Origin: Lama guanicoe
Lineage: Eukaryota
DNA: 64,000 bases
Assembly (NCBI GenBank): GCA_013239625.1
Contig: MU054145.1
Location: 43,680 to 107,679, forward strand
Reading direction: 5' to 3'
The notes beneath the pieces are model-generated. The model was not told the origin of the DNA, did no database searches, and saw only the letters and a list, made by a program, of their open reading frames with translations. This document shows, piece after piece, positions 1 to 12,295 of the stretch (positions within the stretch are counted from its first letter, which is position 1; every line of letters begins with the position of its first letter). Both the position numbers and the translations under genes were made by a program.

Positions 1-186
1 CCATTTTAACAATATTGATTCTTCCAATCCAAGAGCATGGGATATCTTTCCATTTTTTAAAGTCTTCTTTAATTTCCTTCATCAATGGTTTATAGTTTTC
101 TGTGTATAAGGCTTTCACCTCCTTGGTCAGATTTACTCCCAGGTATTTAAAGAAACAATCCCCTTTAAAATAGCACCCAAAGTAAT
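1..186 (-). mobile_element. 5' end of a young L1 insertion: ORF2 fragment on minus (1-148) plus a ~38-bp inverted piece (149-186)
   Basis: 1-148 is the near-identical reverse complement of ORF2 sequence at ~42434-42581; 149-186 (aaagaaacaatcccctttaaaatagcacccaaagtaat) matches the immediately upstream ORF2 sequence at ~42395-42432 in plus orientation. Confidence 0.85.
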
Positions 187-657
187 TTAGTAGCTATTCT
201 GATTTTTTTTTTCAAAGATTCTGTTTTTGTCATGTGTGGTCACAGAAGTCTCTCTTCCATTTTGTCAATGGTTATACAATGACAATGCAGAGATTTCTTA
301 ATATGTGGGTCCAAAAAAGAAAAGAAAACAAACAAACAAAAACCAGACTCTCCCATACTTTACAGATTAGCTCTGAGATAGTATACTGTTTTCATACCTA
401 GCCACCCCTACCCTAGGTTTTCCATTTTCTTTCCTTTTGTCCTCCTCTCAGACAACAAACTGGTTCTTACTATTGTCATCCAATAGTGTATAATTCTTTT
501 ATAGCAAATATTTGATGGCACTGATTTTGATATATTATGTTTTACATTATGTCCTTGCCTTAAATCTGACAGCACAACACAGAATGTAGCTCACATAGTC
601 TAAATGTCAGAAATTAGTACAACATCCCAAGTTCCCTTGTGAGAGTTGATCAATGAC

Positions 658-1128
658 TGTATTAATTTTCTACTGTTTCTAAAATAAATTTCCAGTAACT
701 TAATTATTTAAGCAATACATTTTATCTTATAACTCAGTAGATCATAAATCCAACATGATCTGATTGTGCTAAAGTCAAGATTTTGGCACAGCTGCTTTCT
801 GGAGGCTCTAGGGAAAAATCTGTTTCCTTACTTTTTCCAGCTTCTTGAGGTCCAGGCATTCTTTGGCTTATGGCCCCCTTATTGTCAGAGCCAGCAACCT
901 TAAATCTCTCTGTGAAACCTCTTCTATTATCATACCTGTTTCGACTACAGCCAGGAATTTGCTTATCTGATTAGATTGTTTCTACCTGGCTAATACAGTA
1001 TAATCTCCCCATCTAAAGGTTTGTAACCTTAACAACAAAGTCCCTTTTGCCATGTAAGGGAACATACTCACAGGTTCTAGGAATTAGGGTGCGTGCATCT
1101 CTGGGAAAACATTATTCTGCCCATCACG
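658..1128 (-). mobile_element. MaLR LTR (MLT1-like)
   Basis: Motifs ttctggaggctctaggg, tttccagcttct, gtcccttttgccatgtaagggaacatactcacaggttct, cattattctgccc typical of antisense MLT1. Confidence 0.75.
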
Positions 1129-2850
1129 GTGCTTTCACTGTGATTATTTTGCAACCCAGCCCCCACCCATTACCCTCTGCAAAGTGTATATACAACCAGC
1201 TTTACTTAGATGAGATTTTGGTTTTTTGATCTGGTTCTAGGGCCTCTCCTATAACCTCTTGGTCCTTTAAATAGAAACAATAACATCTCTCCATTTTGGT
1301 ATAATTTTCCAATACTGTATATCAAGTCCTCCAGCTCTTCATATTTAATTTTCATCTTCTCTGTTAATTAGTTTCCATAGAAAGTTAAACAAATAGATTA
1401 TTTGATTACTAGTGGACTTTTATATTTTCTTCATAGAATCACTGCCATTTATTATATGACTAGTATTTTGAGTGAAAGTGTATAGTAGGTTCTCAGACTT
1501 AATTTCAGAATTTCAATTTACAATTGTTTATAATGTAGGAATTATGCATTAAAAATCACGACTACATAAACAACTTCTATATTTATTATTTCACTCTCTA
1601 GATTAATAATCCCTTCCAGATTTCAAATAAAGTGAAATGTAAGAATATTTGAGATTAGCATCTACACCTATAATTCCTTGGAATGAATTTTGCTATGCTG
1701 TTGTCATTCTCTTGTTATGAATGATTAGTCTGGATGATATTAAGTTTTGAGGGCCAAAACAAAGTGATCCAGAAGTTTTATGTAGATTATTTTTATAATT
1801 AGCCATGCAGTTTTCTTGGCACCAGAAAAAACAAAGCAGAAAACTGTATTTCTATTGTTCTGAAAAATATTTTTATTTTCCTATTTGTTTATTTTGCTCT
1901 TCTTTTCACTTTTCATAACATTATGGATTTAGATCCCAAAGCTATACATTTTGAAAAAGTTTAAGTTTATAATTTTATTAATTAATATTTTACTCAGTGA
2001 GTTTAATTAGAAAATTTACATGCAATTTAAGTAGAAAAACAGTAATACAGTTGTAAATTATGTTTTTTGAAAAGTTGAGATCATGCTTTGAACTTATGGA
2101 AGATTGGAACTAGTAATATACAAAGGATTTGCCACAAGTGGAATTAATTAATGGTGTAGTGAGAATGGAATGATCTGGTTCTGCAGTCATGACTCTTTTT
2201 TTAGACTAAGATACATTGAAAAGCAGACTGTTTTATTTTATTTGTGTATGTATGGGCAAATTTATGTTTTCAATAGAATATAAATTTTATTGTTTTTATT
2301 TTTTACAAAGTCTTATCATAAGGTTAGTGTGGACAAAAACAGTATTTTCCAATCATTGGTTGTTTAAGAGCTATCTTCATCATATTTTCCATTTCCTACC
2401 CTACCTCTGCTATTATTTATACATTAAAAATTGATTCATTGTTAAAGTCTTATATTTTGGCTAGTTATATGCTTTCTAATGTATTTTTAAAATTAAAAAT
2501 TTTTTTATTACAAAAATGTTTGCTTAGGTATTTGCTAAAATAATCTCACATATTCACAGTGTTAAAGGACCACTTAGTCCTTTAAATGGAGACACTGTCA
2601 GTAGTCAGCCACTCTCCCCCAGTCTTGGTTTAGTTCACAAATACTATGGTGTCTGTTGAGAAGAACAAGCAAAATATAGAGGGAACTAGGGTGTAATCTT
2701 TATGCAAGCTGGAAAGATTTTTTGAGATTAATGAGACTGGTGATTTTTAAAGCCTGTTTGTTAAATTGTAAACTTGTTCATCAAATCAAATCTTCGACAA
2801 ACCTCAGTATATAAAAGCAATAATACCTTGAGTTGTTTGAGCTGAACCTG

Positions 2851-2997
2851 GTTATTTATTGAGTAGCTACAATGTGTCAGGTACTGTGCTCGGCACTTTA
2901 CAAATGCTGTCCCATTTAATCTTACAAGATCCCAATGAGGCAAGCACTATTATTTGAGGAAACTGAAGTTTAGAATGAATACTCTGTCCCAGGTCAA
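2851..2997. mobile_element. MIR SINE fragment
   Basis: atttattgagtagctacaatgtgtcaggtactgtgct...catttaatcttaca...gaggaaactgaag core MIR motifs. Confidence 0.7.
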
Positions 2998-3112
2998 TGC
3001 CAGCCATTTTCTTATTTGCTCCAATGTGCTGTGTTTTATTACACACTGATCTTGGTACCCAGGAGAGTGCAGAAGACTTTACTATTTAAATCACAACCAA
3101 AAGAAAGCTAAG

Positions 3113-3204
3113 GGTGAGGGTGGGAATAGCTCAGTGGTAGAGCAAATGCTTAGCATGCACAAGGTCCTGGGTTCAGTCCCCAGTACCTCCATTAAAAAAA
3201 AAAA
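3113..3204 (+). mobile_element. tRNA-derived SINE (camelid Vic-1-like) with poly(A) tail and 14-bp TSD
   Basis: A box tagctcagtggtag, B box ggttcagtccc, A tail; TSD aaaagaaagctaag at 3099-3112 and 3205-3218. Confidence 0.9.
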
Positions 3205-5199
3205 AAAAGAAAGCTAAGAAAACAGTCTTCTATGATTTGCAAGAAGATGAGCCCACTTGGACCTGAATATTTTGGATTTAAGGGAGTCTAGAATTGGTAA
3301 GGGAAATCAGCCTAGGCAACACCTTGGAGCTAGCTGGCAATACTACTGCTAATGAAACCAAAGTCGTAGTTGCTGGTTTCTGTGTATGAAGGCACCCAGC
3401 TGGCCTTTCCTGCAGGTTGTAACTTCTCTAAGTCATGAAAGCCTTAAGGAGACCAATAGTCTGTTCTTATATACTCATGTAAGGTAGTGAATTGCGCTAA
3501 TCATTTGTCAGTGTGCATTTTCTGTCCCACCACCTTTTGTCTCTTGAGATTTCCGAATAATGTCACCATTTGAATAGTTTGAGGATATACCTTTCACAAC
3601 TTCATCTTCATTCCCCTTCAGTATGGCACAAAGTGGTGTTGAATGAAAAAAGAAGCCACAGAATACATTCATTCAAAAGGACACTCCTTGCTACAGTAAG
3701 GAGTATAGTCAGGCACGGTCACATATGCAGGATGATGTGAAGGGTAGTCTAGGAGTCCCTCAGCCCTAAATGAATGTTCCCATTCAAATGCTGTTATGAC
3801 TTAAATTCCACCATTAGAGATTTAATATTTTGAAAATTTTCTTTTTGTATCCCTTTGAATATGTCAGTGAATCTGATAATAATACAGTAATTCATTAACT
3901 TTTCTCCTCATAGTGCTACAGGTTAAAAAAAAAAAAAGGAAGGCTAGTTATATCAAAGACAAACTGCCTTAATTGAAATTTTTGCTATAGCCAATTCTGT
4001 ACCTTAAACTGTTTGATTCATGTCTCCCATGTTTGTAACAGTGTTTTATTTTGTTTTTTCTCTTTCCATGTATGAAATGTATATTTTTTACTCTACCCAT
4101 CTTCTTTTTGCTCAGTTAAAACTGAGATGATTAGATTTTCCCTTCCACCTAATAAAAGAATTTTAGAAAATCAAGATGAACTCAAAAATACATGCTAGTT
4201 TGCTAAATTCAACTGTTTTCTTGACAAAATATTTTACTTTCCTTCAAAAAGCATCAAGAGAACCAGTATTTACCTAAAACAAAATGATTTTAAAAATTGA
4301 ACTGCAGCCAAATCAAGTTTTCATTGATAGAACCAATTCTCACACCAATATATTTTCCTAGATTCAGAGCTCTTTATGAAATTTAATGTCCTGAGCACAG
4401 TTTAGTGATTGAAAATATTTCTCAGTTGTCTTTTCCCTCTTTATCTAATTTAAGAATTAAGGTTTTCTTGAGGATGCTACTGATGGTCAATTTCAGAATA
4501 ATTGTTTGGATCCATTATGTCAGTGATGCAATTTGATTATGACAGAAACCACAAACTTTTGAAAAATATCTATACAAGGGCCAAAGTTTAAGATAGTTAA
4601 CTAGTGCAGTTTAAAGGATTATTTTCTGATTAATCTAAAGTATGTTCTTACAAACAAAGATAATTTTAAAATTTAACTTCTTTTATGAAGAGGAAAACAG
4701 ATTTTGCTATACATGAAGATTTTGTACATGATTCAGCTCACTGAAGACTCATTTATTTATGTACTTACCATACAATGATAAAAGAAACAAAAATTGGGAC
4801 AAAATAATAGTCATAGGTCCAAGAGGCAGTGGAATATCTGAATTTATCAATCTTTTCAGTGACCTAGGATCAACATCTGTAAAGATATTTTTAATTTTAT
4901 TAAGTTATTATTAATTAAATACTATGTCTCTTAATGTAGAAAACTGAAATTCTACATAGACAGGCTTTCTATGTTCTATCATTTGACCTGGTTTGTTTTC
5001 AGCATATTAGTGCATTACCCACTGCACCTCTTTTATTAGCATATCTTTGTAACAGCTATGAAACGTTATTTTAAAATGATCAAAGTTGCACAGTAGTTTT
5101 ACCTGCAGTTTGAAAGATTTATTTAACAAAGGGGAATTATGTAGATTTTAAGTGATTATCAAAATTTGAGTTAGCCTCATTTTACTTTCAAGAAGAAAA

Positions 5200-5375
5200 C
5201 TGCTTGAGCTTTGCCAGGGCCTTAACAATCTGGTGGAAGGGACATACCCCAATTTAGCACCTTCTTGCCTTCCTGTCACTCCTGGGGCATGGGTACAAAA
5301 CTGAGAGGCACTTGTGAAAGTCACAGGCCAGGGCAAAGACTCATTAAAAGCCTGAGTTCTAATCATAGGAATAGA
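5200..5375 (+). repeat. 176-bp dispersed copy of 8484-8659 / 13422-13597
   Basis: Identical by eye from ctgcttgagc to ggaataga; the ORF track shows the same peptide core in all three copies. Confidence 0.95.
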
Positions 5376-6559
5376 CAAAAAATTATAAAGGAATAAGAGA
5401 ATCAGAGACTTGGTCAATATAGCAACTATTGTGTTTAAAAAATTTAGAGACAGAAGAGTGGGTCAAAGTTATCAGATATGGTTTATAAATTTATAAAAAC
5501 AGCAAGTAGTACTTATAACCAACAAAAACTCAAATCATGCTCTCTTTTAGGTTACCATGAAAAACATTATTACAAATAATCTCTTATAAATAAGATACAT
5601 AGCTAAAATGTTGATATTACTCAAAACTACCATGTTCCTATAAATAGCCTTATAAACTGTACTTAGGATATTATGCCGTTTGATCACTTACACTCAGAAG
5701 GAATAATTACCTGGGGCGCCAAAGCAAAAAAATCTTACCTGACAATTTGTCTTCAGTATTATATAGCAAATTGAATATCTAAATTGTAATAATGACCTTA
5801 AACCATTGGTTACAAAATTCTCAGTAACCTTTGAGATAGGGTAGGTTTTTTCATTGTTGCTGAAAGGAAAAAAAATGCCAGAGAAACATTTTTTTAAAAA
5901 ATGTAGCTGTGCTAATTTAGTTGTTTATAAATGGCAAAGGTGTATGTTTCCAGTAATAACCATGACAAACAAATATACTATATATAATTTATTAGAGCAC
6001 AACATATTGTTAAAGTTTAATGAGATTTATTATTTTTGAAAAATATATAAAATTAAAGAGAATTAACAAGTTAGTTAAACCTAATGCTATTTACCAATAC
6101 CAAATGCTGTTTAATCCTTAAGTGGTTTGCTGATTTGTAGACCAGTTGTTTAACAATGGACTGGCTCTCTGAATCACTGACATTTTGGAGATTCATTTTA
6201 GTTTTTGATCTTCTGTGATTAGGATGGTTACAAATATATGATTTCATCCTCATAATGTTGAGTCCAGGTGCCAGATGGAGAAGCCAATGGATTACAGAGG
6301 ACACAGACCTCAAGGGAAAAAAAAGTATGCATCCTATATTTTATAATTTTGAAATTGGGTTTGAAATGAAAGTTCAAGGGGATGCAGAAGTTTCACCTTT
6401 TAATATTCACTTTGGCTACCTTGGAAAATGTGACTTGTAGACAATGCCAGAATACCATCTAATATGCTAGGAATTTTTACCATGTCTGGCTCCTTTTGTC
6501 ATCTCTATGAGATTTGTAGAATTCTTGAAAAATGCTCACAATGAAACATAAGAGTTTTA

Positions 6560-7560
6560 AAATAGAACTTGTTTTATTGTGGTCAGTTTTCATTAATGTT
6601 CAGTGTGTTTTCTATTCATTTGTTGCAGTGTTTTATGTAAGTTCAATAAATCAAGCTTATTTTGTTTTTCATATCTAGTATATTTTTTCCAGTTCTTTAA
6701 AGAGAGCTGTATTGACTCTCTGGTGATGTTGGTGGAATTGGCAATATCTTCTTGCAGTCATATTACTCTTTGCTTCATATAACGTGAGGCTCTGCTATTA
6801 GGTGTGAAGGGTTGCGGAATGTGCCACCCTAAAGTATGCCTCTTTGGCATGTGGAGCTGAAGGCAGTCAAGACCCAGCAGACTCAGGGAGAGCCTTTTCC
6901 CTCCCACTTAACAGCCAAGAGCCTAGAAAGATATAGGAAATTAATTTTTCCTCCCCTATAGGTGCATGTAAGTTTGGAATTAGAACTTTGTGCTTTGACC
7001 CTTTTATTTTCTGTAGTGATTGTCTCTATCCCTGATAATATGTTATCTTGCCTCATTGTTTGGTATTATTCAATTACCTCAGCTTATTGTGGTTAGTATT
7101 TGATCCAGTTATAGCTTCTTTTATCCTTTTACTTTCACATTTGTCATGCTCTTACATTTTAAATACAGAGGAGACTTTTTAAAAACATTTTAATCATCTC
7201 TGTCTTTTAGTGAATGAATTTAGTTCTATGATTACTTTTATATGGAAACTTGCTACTATCATCTTATTTTTGATTTGTATTTGCCCTGCTTTTTCTCTGT
7301 CCTTTTTATTTTTTTTTGTCTTCTAAGCGTTGGGGTTTGTTTGTTTGCTAATTTCATTTTTCACCATGTAAATTTACAAGTTGTACCCACTATTTTTATT
7401 CTTCCCATGGTTCCCCTGAATATTTGACTATGCATACATAACAAATTTTCCAGAGTCTTATTTCAGTCTTCTTAAATCTTGTGTCACTAGTCACAACTTA
7501 AGGATGAGTGTACTAATATTGTAATTAATTGCATTGTAACACATTAACATTCATATTCTT
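6560..7560 (-). mobile_element. Old degraded L1 fragment interrupted by a short LTR
   Basis: T-rich antisense L1-like sequence (gaggctctgctattaggtg...catgtaagttt, ttgtggttagtatttg, atcctttta). Confidence 0.55.
6805..6960 (+). mobile_element. 156-bp internally deleted ERV1-type solo LTR with 4-bp TSD
   Basis: Starts tgaagggttgcggaatgtgccaccctaaagtatgcc, ends tttttcctcccctata; ggtg duplicated at 6801-6804 and 6961-6964. Confidence 0.7.
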
Positions 7561-8002
7561 TATGTCTAATTTCTTAGCTTTAAAAGAAATTGATTTAGTA
7601 CCATCATTTTACCAAGTAATGACTGACTTCAACATGCTGATTTTTGCCATATGCCCATTTTTGCTTCTTAAAAAGCAAATCCTTCTTTGGTGAGATTTAA
7701 TTGCTTTAGTTTTAGATTGTAGGTGGGAAAACAATGTAGTTGATATGCTTGAGGAGATATTTCTTCTGCATGTGGAGAGGGGAATGATATTACATCAAAA
7801 TACGTAATCGGAGTATTTCCTTCTCAGACAAGAAGATATTCACTGGCCTGTCTTCTCTTCAGGTTCATGAGTAAGAAAACCTGAGGCCTTTGGGAAGTAT
7901 CTAAGATTTAGATTTATATCCTAAAAGCAATAAGGAGTTATTGATGGGCTTTAAGCATAGAGCAGATATGGCAATATTTGTGTTTGAAAATAGTATTGGC
8001 TT

Positions 8003-9765
8003 AGACTTCTGGTTTCTGGCCCAGCATGTAGGTTTGGATGTCAGTTCTCTCATTCACACAACAAGAAAGGAGCCGAACTAAAAATCAGCAACTGTTACAT
8101 CCATCAGAAAAACTGAGGTCACAGGGCAAACGCAGCCCCCAAAACTGAAGAAACAAGTGGGAAAAGACAATCACAATTTATCAGAGTAGAAGCCCAGAAG
8201 CAGAAAACTCCATGGGAGTTTTCTGATGCCCGGGGAGGGAAACCTAATCTGTAACTGATGAATTGCTGGAGGCTCAGTGTGGACAACTTTGAAAGTTAAA
8301 AACTGCAGGGAAGTGCAGTCTTAAGGGAGCCCCATACTTTTCATGACTTTTTGAACATCAGAGAAAAAATTCCTTTGTGCCTCCAGCAGGGAGAGGAGGA
8401 AATGAAGCCATTTTAAGATATGCTGAGAGTGTTCAGTTCTTCTTAACAAGGCCCACCCTCAAGAGAAACTGTATTACCAGAGCCTGCTTGAGCTTTGCCA
8501 GGGCCTTAACAATCTGGTGGAAGGGACATACCCCAATTTAGCACCTTCTTGCCTTCCTGTCACTCCTGGGGCATGGGTACAAAACTGAGAGGCACTTGTG
8601 AAAGTCACAGGCCAGGGCAAAGACTCATTAAAAGCCTGAGTTCTAATCATAGGAATAGAGAACATTCCACCCCAGTCCCACACCTCACCAGCACATCATT
8701 AGGAGTCCTATATCACAACTGAAAAAAACTGTACATCTCAGACAATATTTAAGAAGTCTCCAGGGAACCCCAAGACCACAGGGGAAACAAAAACAAGGAC
8801 ACCAGTGGAAATTTTAGTCTCTGACACCTATTGAAATCCTTGATATATATACAAAGGTCTTGAAGAGATATTTGTACACCCATGTTGATAGCAGCATTAT
8901 TCTTAATAAGCAAAAGGTACAAACAACCTAAGTGTCCATTGATGGATGAATGGATAAACTAAATGTGATATATACATACAATGGAATATTATTCAGCCTT
9001 AAAAATGAAGGAAATTCTGGCACATGTTACCACCTGGACAAACCTTGAGGACATTATACTAAGTGAACTAAGCCAGCCACAGAAAGACAAATACTGTATG
9101 ATTCAATTTATATCCACTAATATGAAATATCTAGAGTAGTCAAATTCATAGAAACAGAATGTAGAAAGGTGGTTGCTGGAGTCTGGGGTCATGAGGAGTT
9201 GTAGTTTAATGGGCATATAGTTTCGGTTTTGCAAGATGAAAAGTTCTGGAGAGTGATTGCACAACAATGTGAATATAGTTAACATTTCTGAAGTATACAC
9301 TTAAAAATCATTAAATTTGTTAATTTTATGTTACATATATTTCATCATAAAAATGTCATTGTTCAAAGATGACATGAATATGTAGAGAATAGCATAGAAT
9401 TGACACAAAATAATCTCCTCGAACTAATAAATGACTAGCAAATTTGTAGGATACAAGATTAATATACAAAAGTCAATTGCGTTCTTATACACCAACAGTG
9501 AGCAATTTGAATTAGAAATTAAAAGCATAATACCATTTATGTTTAATCCCCCAAAATGAAATCCTTAGTTATAAATCTAACAAAATATGCACAAGGTCTA
9601 TTTGAGGAAAACTACAAAACTCTGATGAAAGAAATCAGATGATTCCAAATAAATGAGAGATATTCCGTGTGCGTGGATAGGAAGAATCCATATTATTAAC
9701 ATCTTTGTTCTTCTCACCTTGATTTATCTGTTCAATGCAATCTCAGTCCAAATCCCAGTTAGTTA
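8003..9765 (+). mobile_element. Old L1 composite (5' region, nested L1 3'-end piece at ~8832-9350, ORF2 remnant), repeated in the duplicated blocks
   Basis: L1 3' motifs (cacccatgttgatagcagcattattc, caacctaagtgtccattgatggatgaatggataaa); ORF2-like peptide RDIPCAWIGRIHII in the later copies (10957, 14591). Confidence 0.75.
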
Positions 9766-11308
9766 GTATTTGATCCAGTTATAGCTTCTTTTATCCTTTT
9801 ACTTTCACATTTGTCATGCTCTTACATTTTAAATACAGAGGAGACTTTTTAAAAACATTTTAATCATCTCTGTCTTTTAGTGAATGAATTTAGTTCTATG
9901 ATTACTTTTATATGGAAACTTGCTACTATCATCTTATTTTTGATTTGTATTTGCCCTGCTTTTTCTCTGTCCTTTTTATTTTTTTTACTCACCAGCACAT
10001 CATTAGGAGTCCTATATCACAACTGAAAAAAACTGTGCATCTCAGACAATATTTAAGAAGTCTCCAGGGAACCCCAAGACCACAGGGGAAACAAAAACAA
10101 GGACACCAGTGGAAATTTTAGTCTCTGACACCTATTGAAATCCTTGATATATATACAAAGGTCTTGAAGAGATATTTGTACACCCATGTTGATAGCAGCA
10201 TTATTCTTAATAAGCAAAAGGTACAAACAACCTAAGTGTCCATTGATGGATGAATGGATAAACTAAATGTGATATATACATACAATGGAATATTATTCAG
10301 CCTTAAAAATGAAGGAAATTCTGGCACATGTTACCACCTGGACAAACCTTGAGGACATTATACTAAGTGAACTAAGCCAGCCACAGAAAGACAAATACTG
10401 TATGATTCAATTTATATCCACTAATATGAAATATCTAGAGTAGTCAAATTCATAGAAACAGAATGTAGAAAGGTGGTTGCTGGAGTCTGGGGTCATGAGG
10501 AGTTGTAGTTTAATGGGCATATAGTTTCGGTTTTGCAAGATGAAAAGTTCTGGAGAGTGATTGCACAACAATGTGAATATAGTTAACATTTCTGAAGTAT
10601 ACACTTAAAAATCATTAAATTTGTTAATTTTATGTTACATATATTTCATCATAAAAATGTCATTGTTCAAAGATGACATGAATATGTAGAGAATAGCATA
10701 GAATTGACACAAAATAATCTCCTTGAACTAATAAATGACTAGCAAGTTTGTAGGATACAAGATTAATATACAAAAGTCAATTGCGTTCTTATACACCAAC
10801 AGTGAGCAATTTGAATTAGAAATTAAAAGCATAATACCATTTATGTTTAATCCCCCAAAATGAAATCCTTAGTTATAAATCTAACAAAATATGCACAAGG
10901 TCTATTTGAGGAAAACTACAAAACTCTGATGAAAGAAATCAGATGATTCCAAATAAATGAGAGATATTCCGTGTGCGTGGATAGGAAGAATCCATATTAT
11001 TAACATCTTTGTTCTTCTCACCTTGATTTATCTGTTCAATGCAATCTCAGTCCAAATCCCAGTTAGTTATTTGGTGTATTTTGTTTATTTGGAAGGCAAA
11101 AAACCTAGAATAATCCACACAGTATTGGAGAAGAACGAAGTTGGGCTACTGATACTAATCAATTTCAAGGCTTATCATAATGCTACAGTAATGAAGATGT
11201 TTGGTATTGGTGACAGAATAGACAAATGGGTCAATAGAATGGAACAGAGGGCCCAGAAATCGAACCTCATAAATATAGTCAGCTGATCTTTGACAAAGGA
11301 ACAAAGGC

Positions 11309-12295
11309 CTGCTGGTGGGCGGGATCAGGGCCCAGGGGATCCTGGGGCTGATGCTTGCTCACTAGTGGGTGTAGCCAGGTACATGTCTAGTACCAGCCAC
11401 TGGCAGGCAGAACTGAGCCTTGGAGTCTCTGATGTTGGACCACTTGAGGTTGGGGCTGAAGCCCAGGGGGTTTTGGGGCTAGGGCTGACTCACTGTTGGG
11501 TGGAGCCAGGTCCTGGGGTCTCTTCCTGCAGGGATCTCTCCCTGCAGGGCCCTTGGTGTCCTCAAGGTAGTGTTGCTGGTTGGTGGGCCAGGCTGGTTCT
11601 TGACATAGTTGGCTGTGGGGTCCAGTGTGTCCCGATCCTTGTGTCAGTCAGCTGGTGGGCAGAAATGGGTTCTGGAGTAGCTACTTGAGGGGCCAAAGGT
11701 GTCTCAGAGCTGGTTTTGGCCTACTCCTGGGTGGGACTGGTTCCTGACAAGGTAACAAGGCAGGCTGTGGTGCCTCAGTGGTGCTGGGGCTCATGTCCAC
11801 CCACTGGTGGACATGGCCAGGGCACAGGGGGTTGGTGCCTGCCCACTGGTGTGTGAGGCTGATCCCAGGGCTAGTGCCAGCCCTCTGGTTGAGGCCCAGG
11901 GAGTTCAGGGACTAGCGCCAGCTCACTGTTTGGGGGAGCTGGGCCTTGGGGTCTCTGGCTGCAGTGCCCTCTTGGTCCTGGAGCTGCTGCCTGCACACTG
12001 GTGGGTGGGGCTGTGTCCTTGCCCAGCTGGGTGCTTGGCCTGAGGCATTCCAGTACTGGTGCATATAGGTCAGTGGGCAGGGCTGGATTCCAGTGCTAAT
12101 AAGTTACAGGGAAGATTCCAAAATGGTGCTTTCCAGCACCAGTGTCCACGTGGTAAAACAAACTCCCCAAAATGACTGCCACCAGCATCTGTGACCCCAG
12201 GGTGAACTCCAGTAGCCTCCTGCCTCTCCAGAAGCTTCTCCAAGGTCAGCAGGTGGGTCTGACCCAGGCTCCTTTCAAATTACTGCTTCTGCCCT
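11309..12295 (-). mobile_element. Partial duplicate of a GC-rich L1 5' UTR
   Basis: Matches 14943-15929; degenerate subrepeats such as cactgttgggtggagccaggtcctggggtctct. Confidence 0.7.

Noticed and set aside
3113..3192. tRNA gene
   Set aside because: Has A/B boxes but ends in a poly(A) tail with a TSD and has a homologous copy at 52311-52397; it is a SINE
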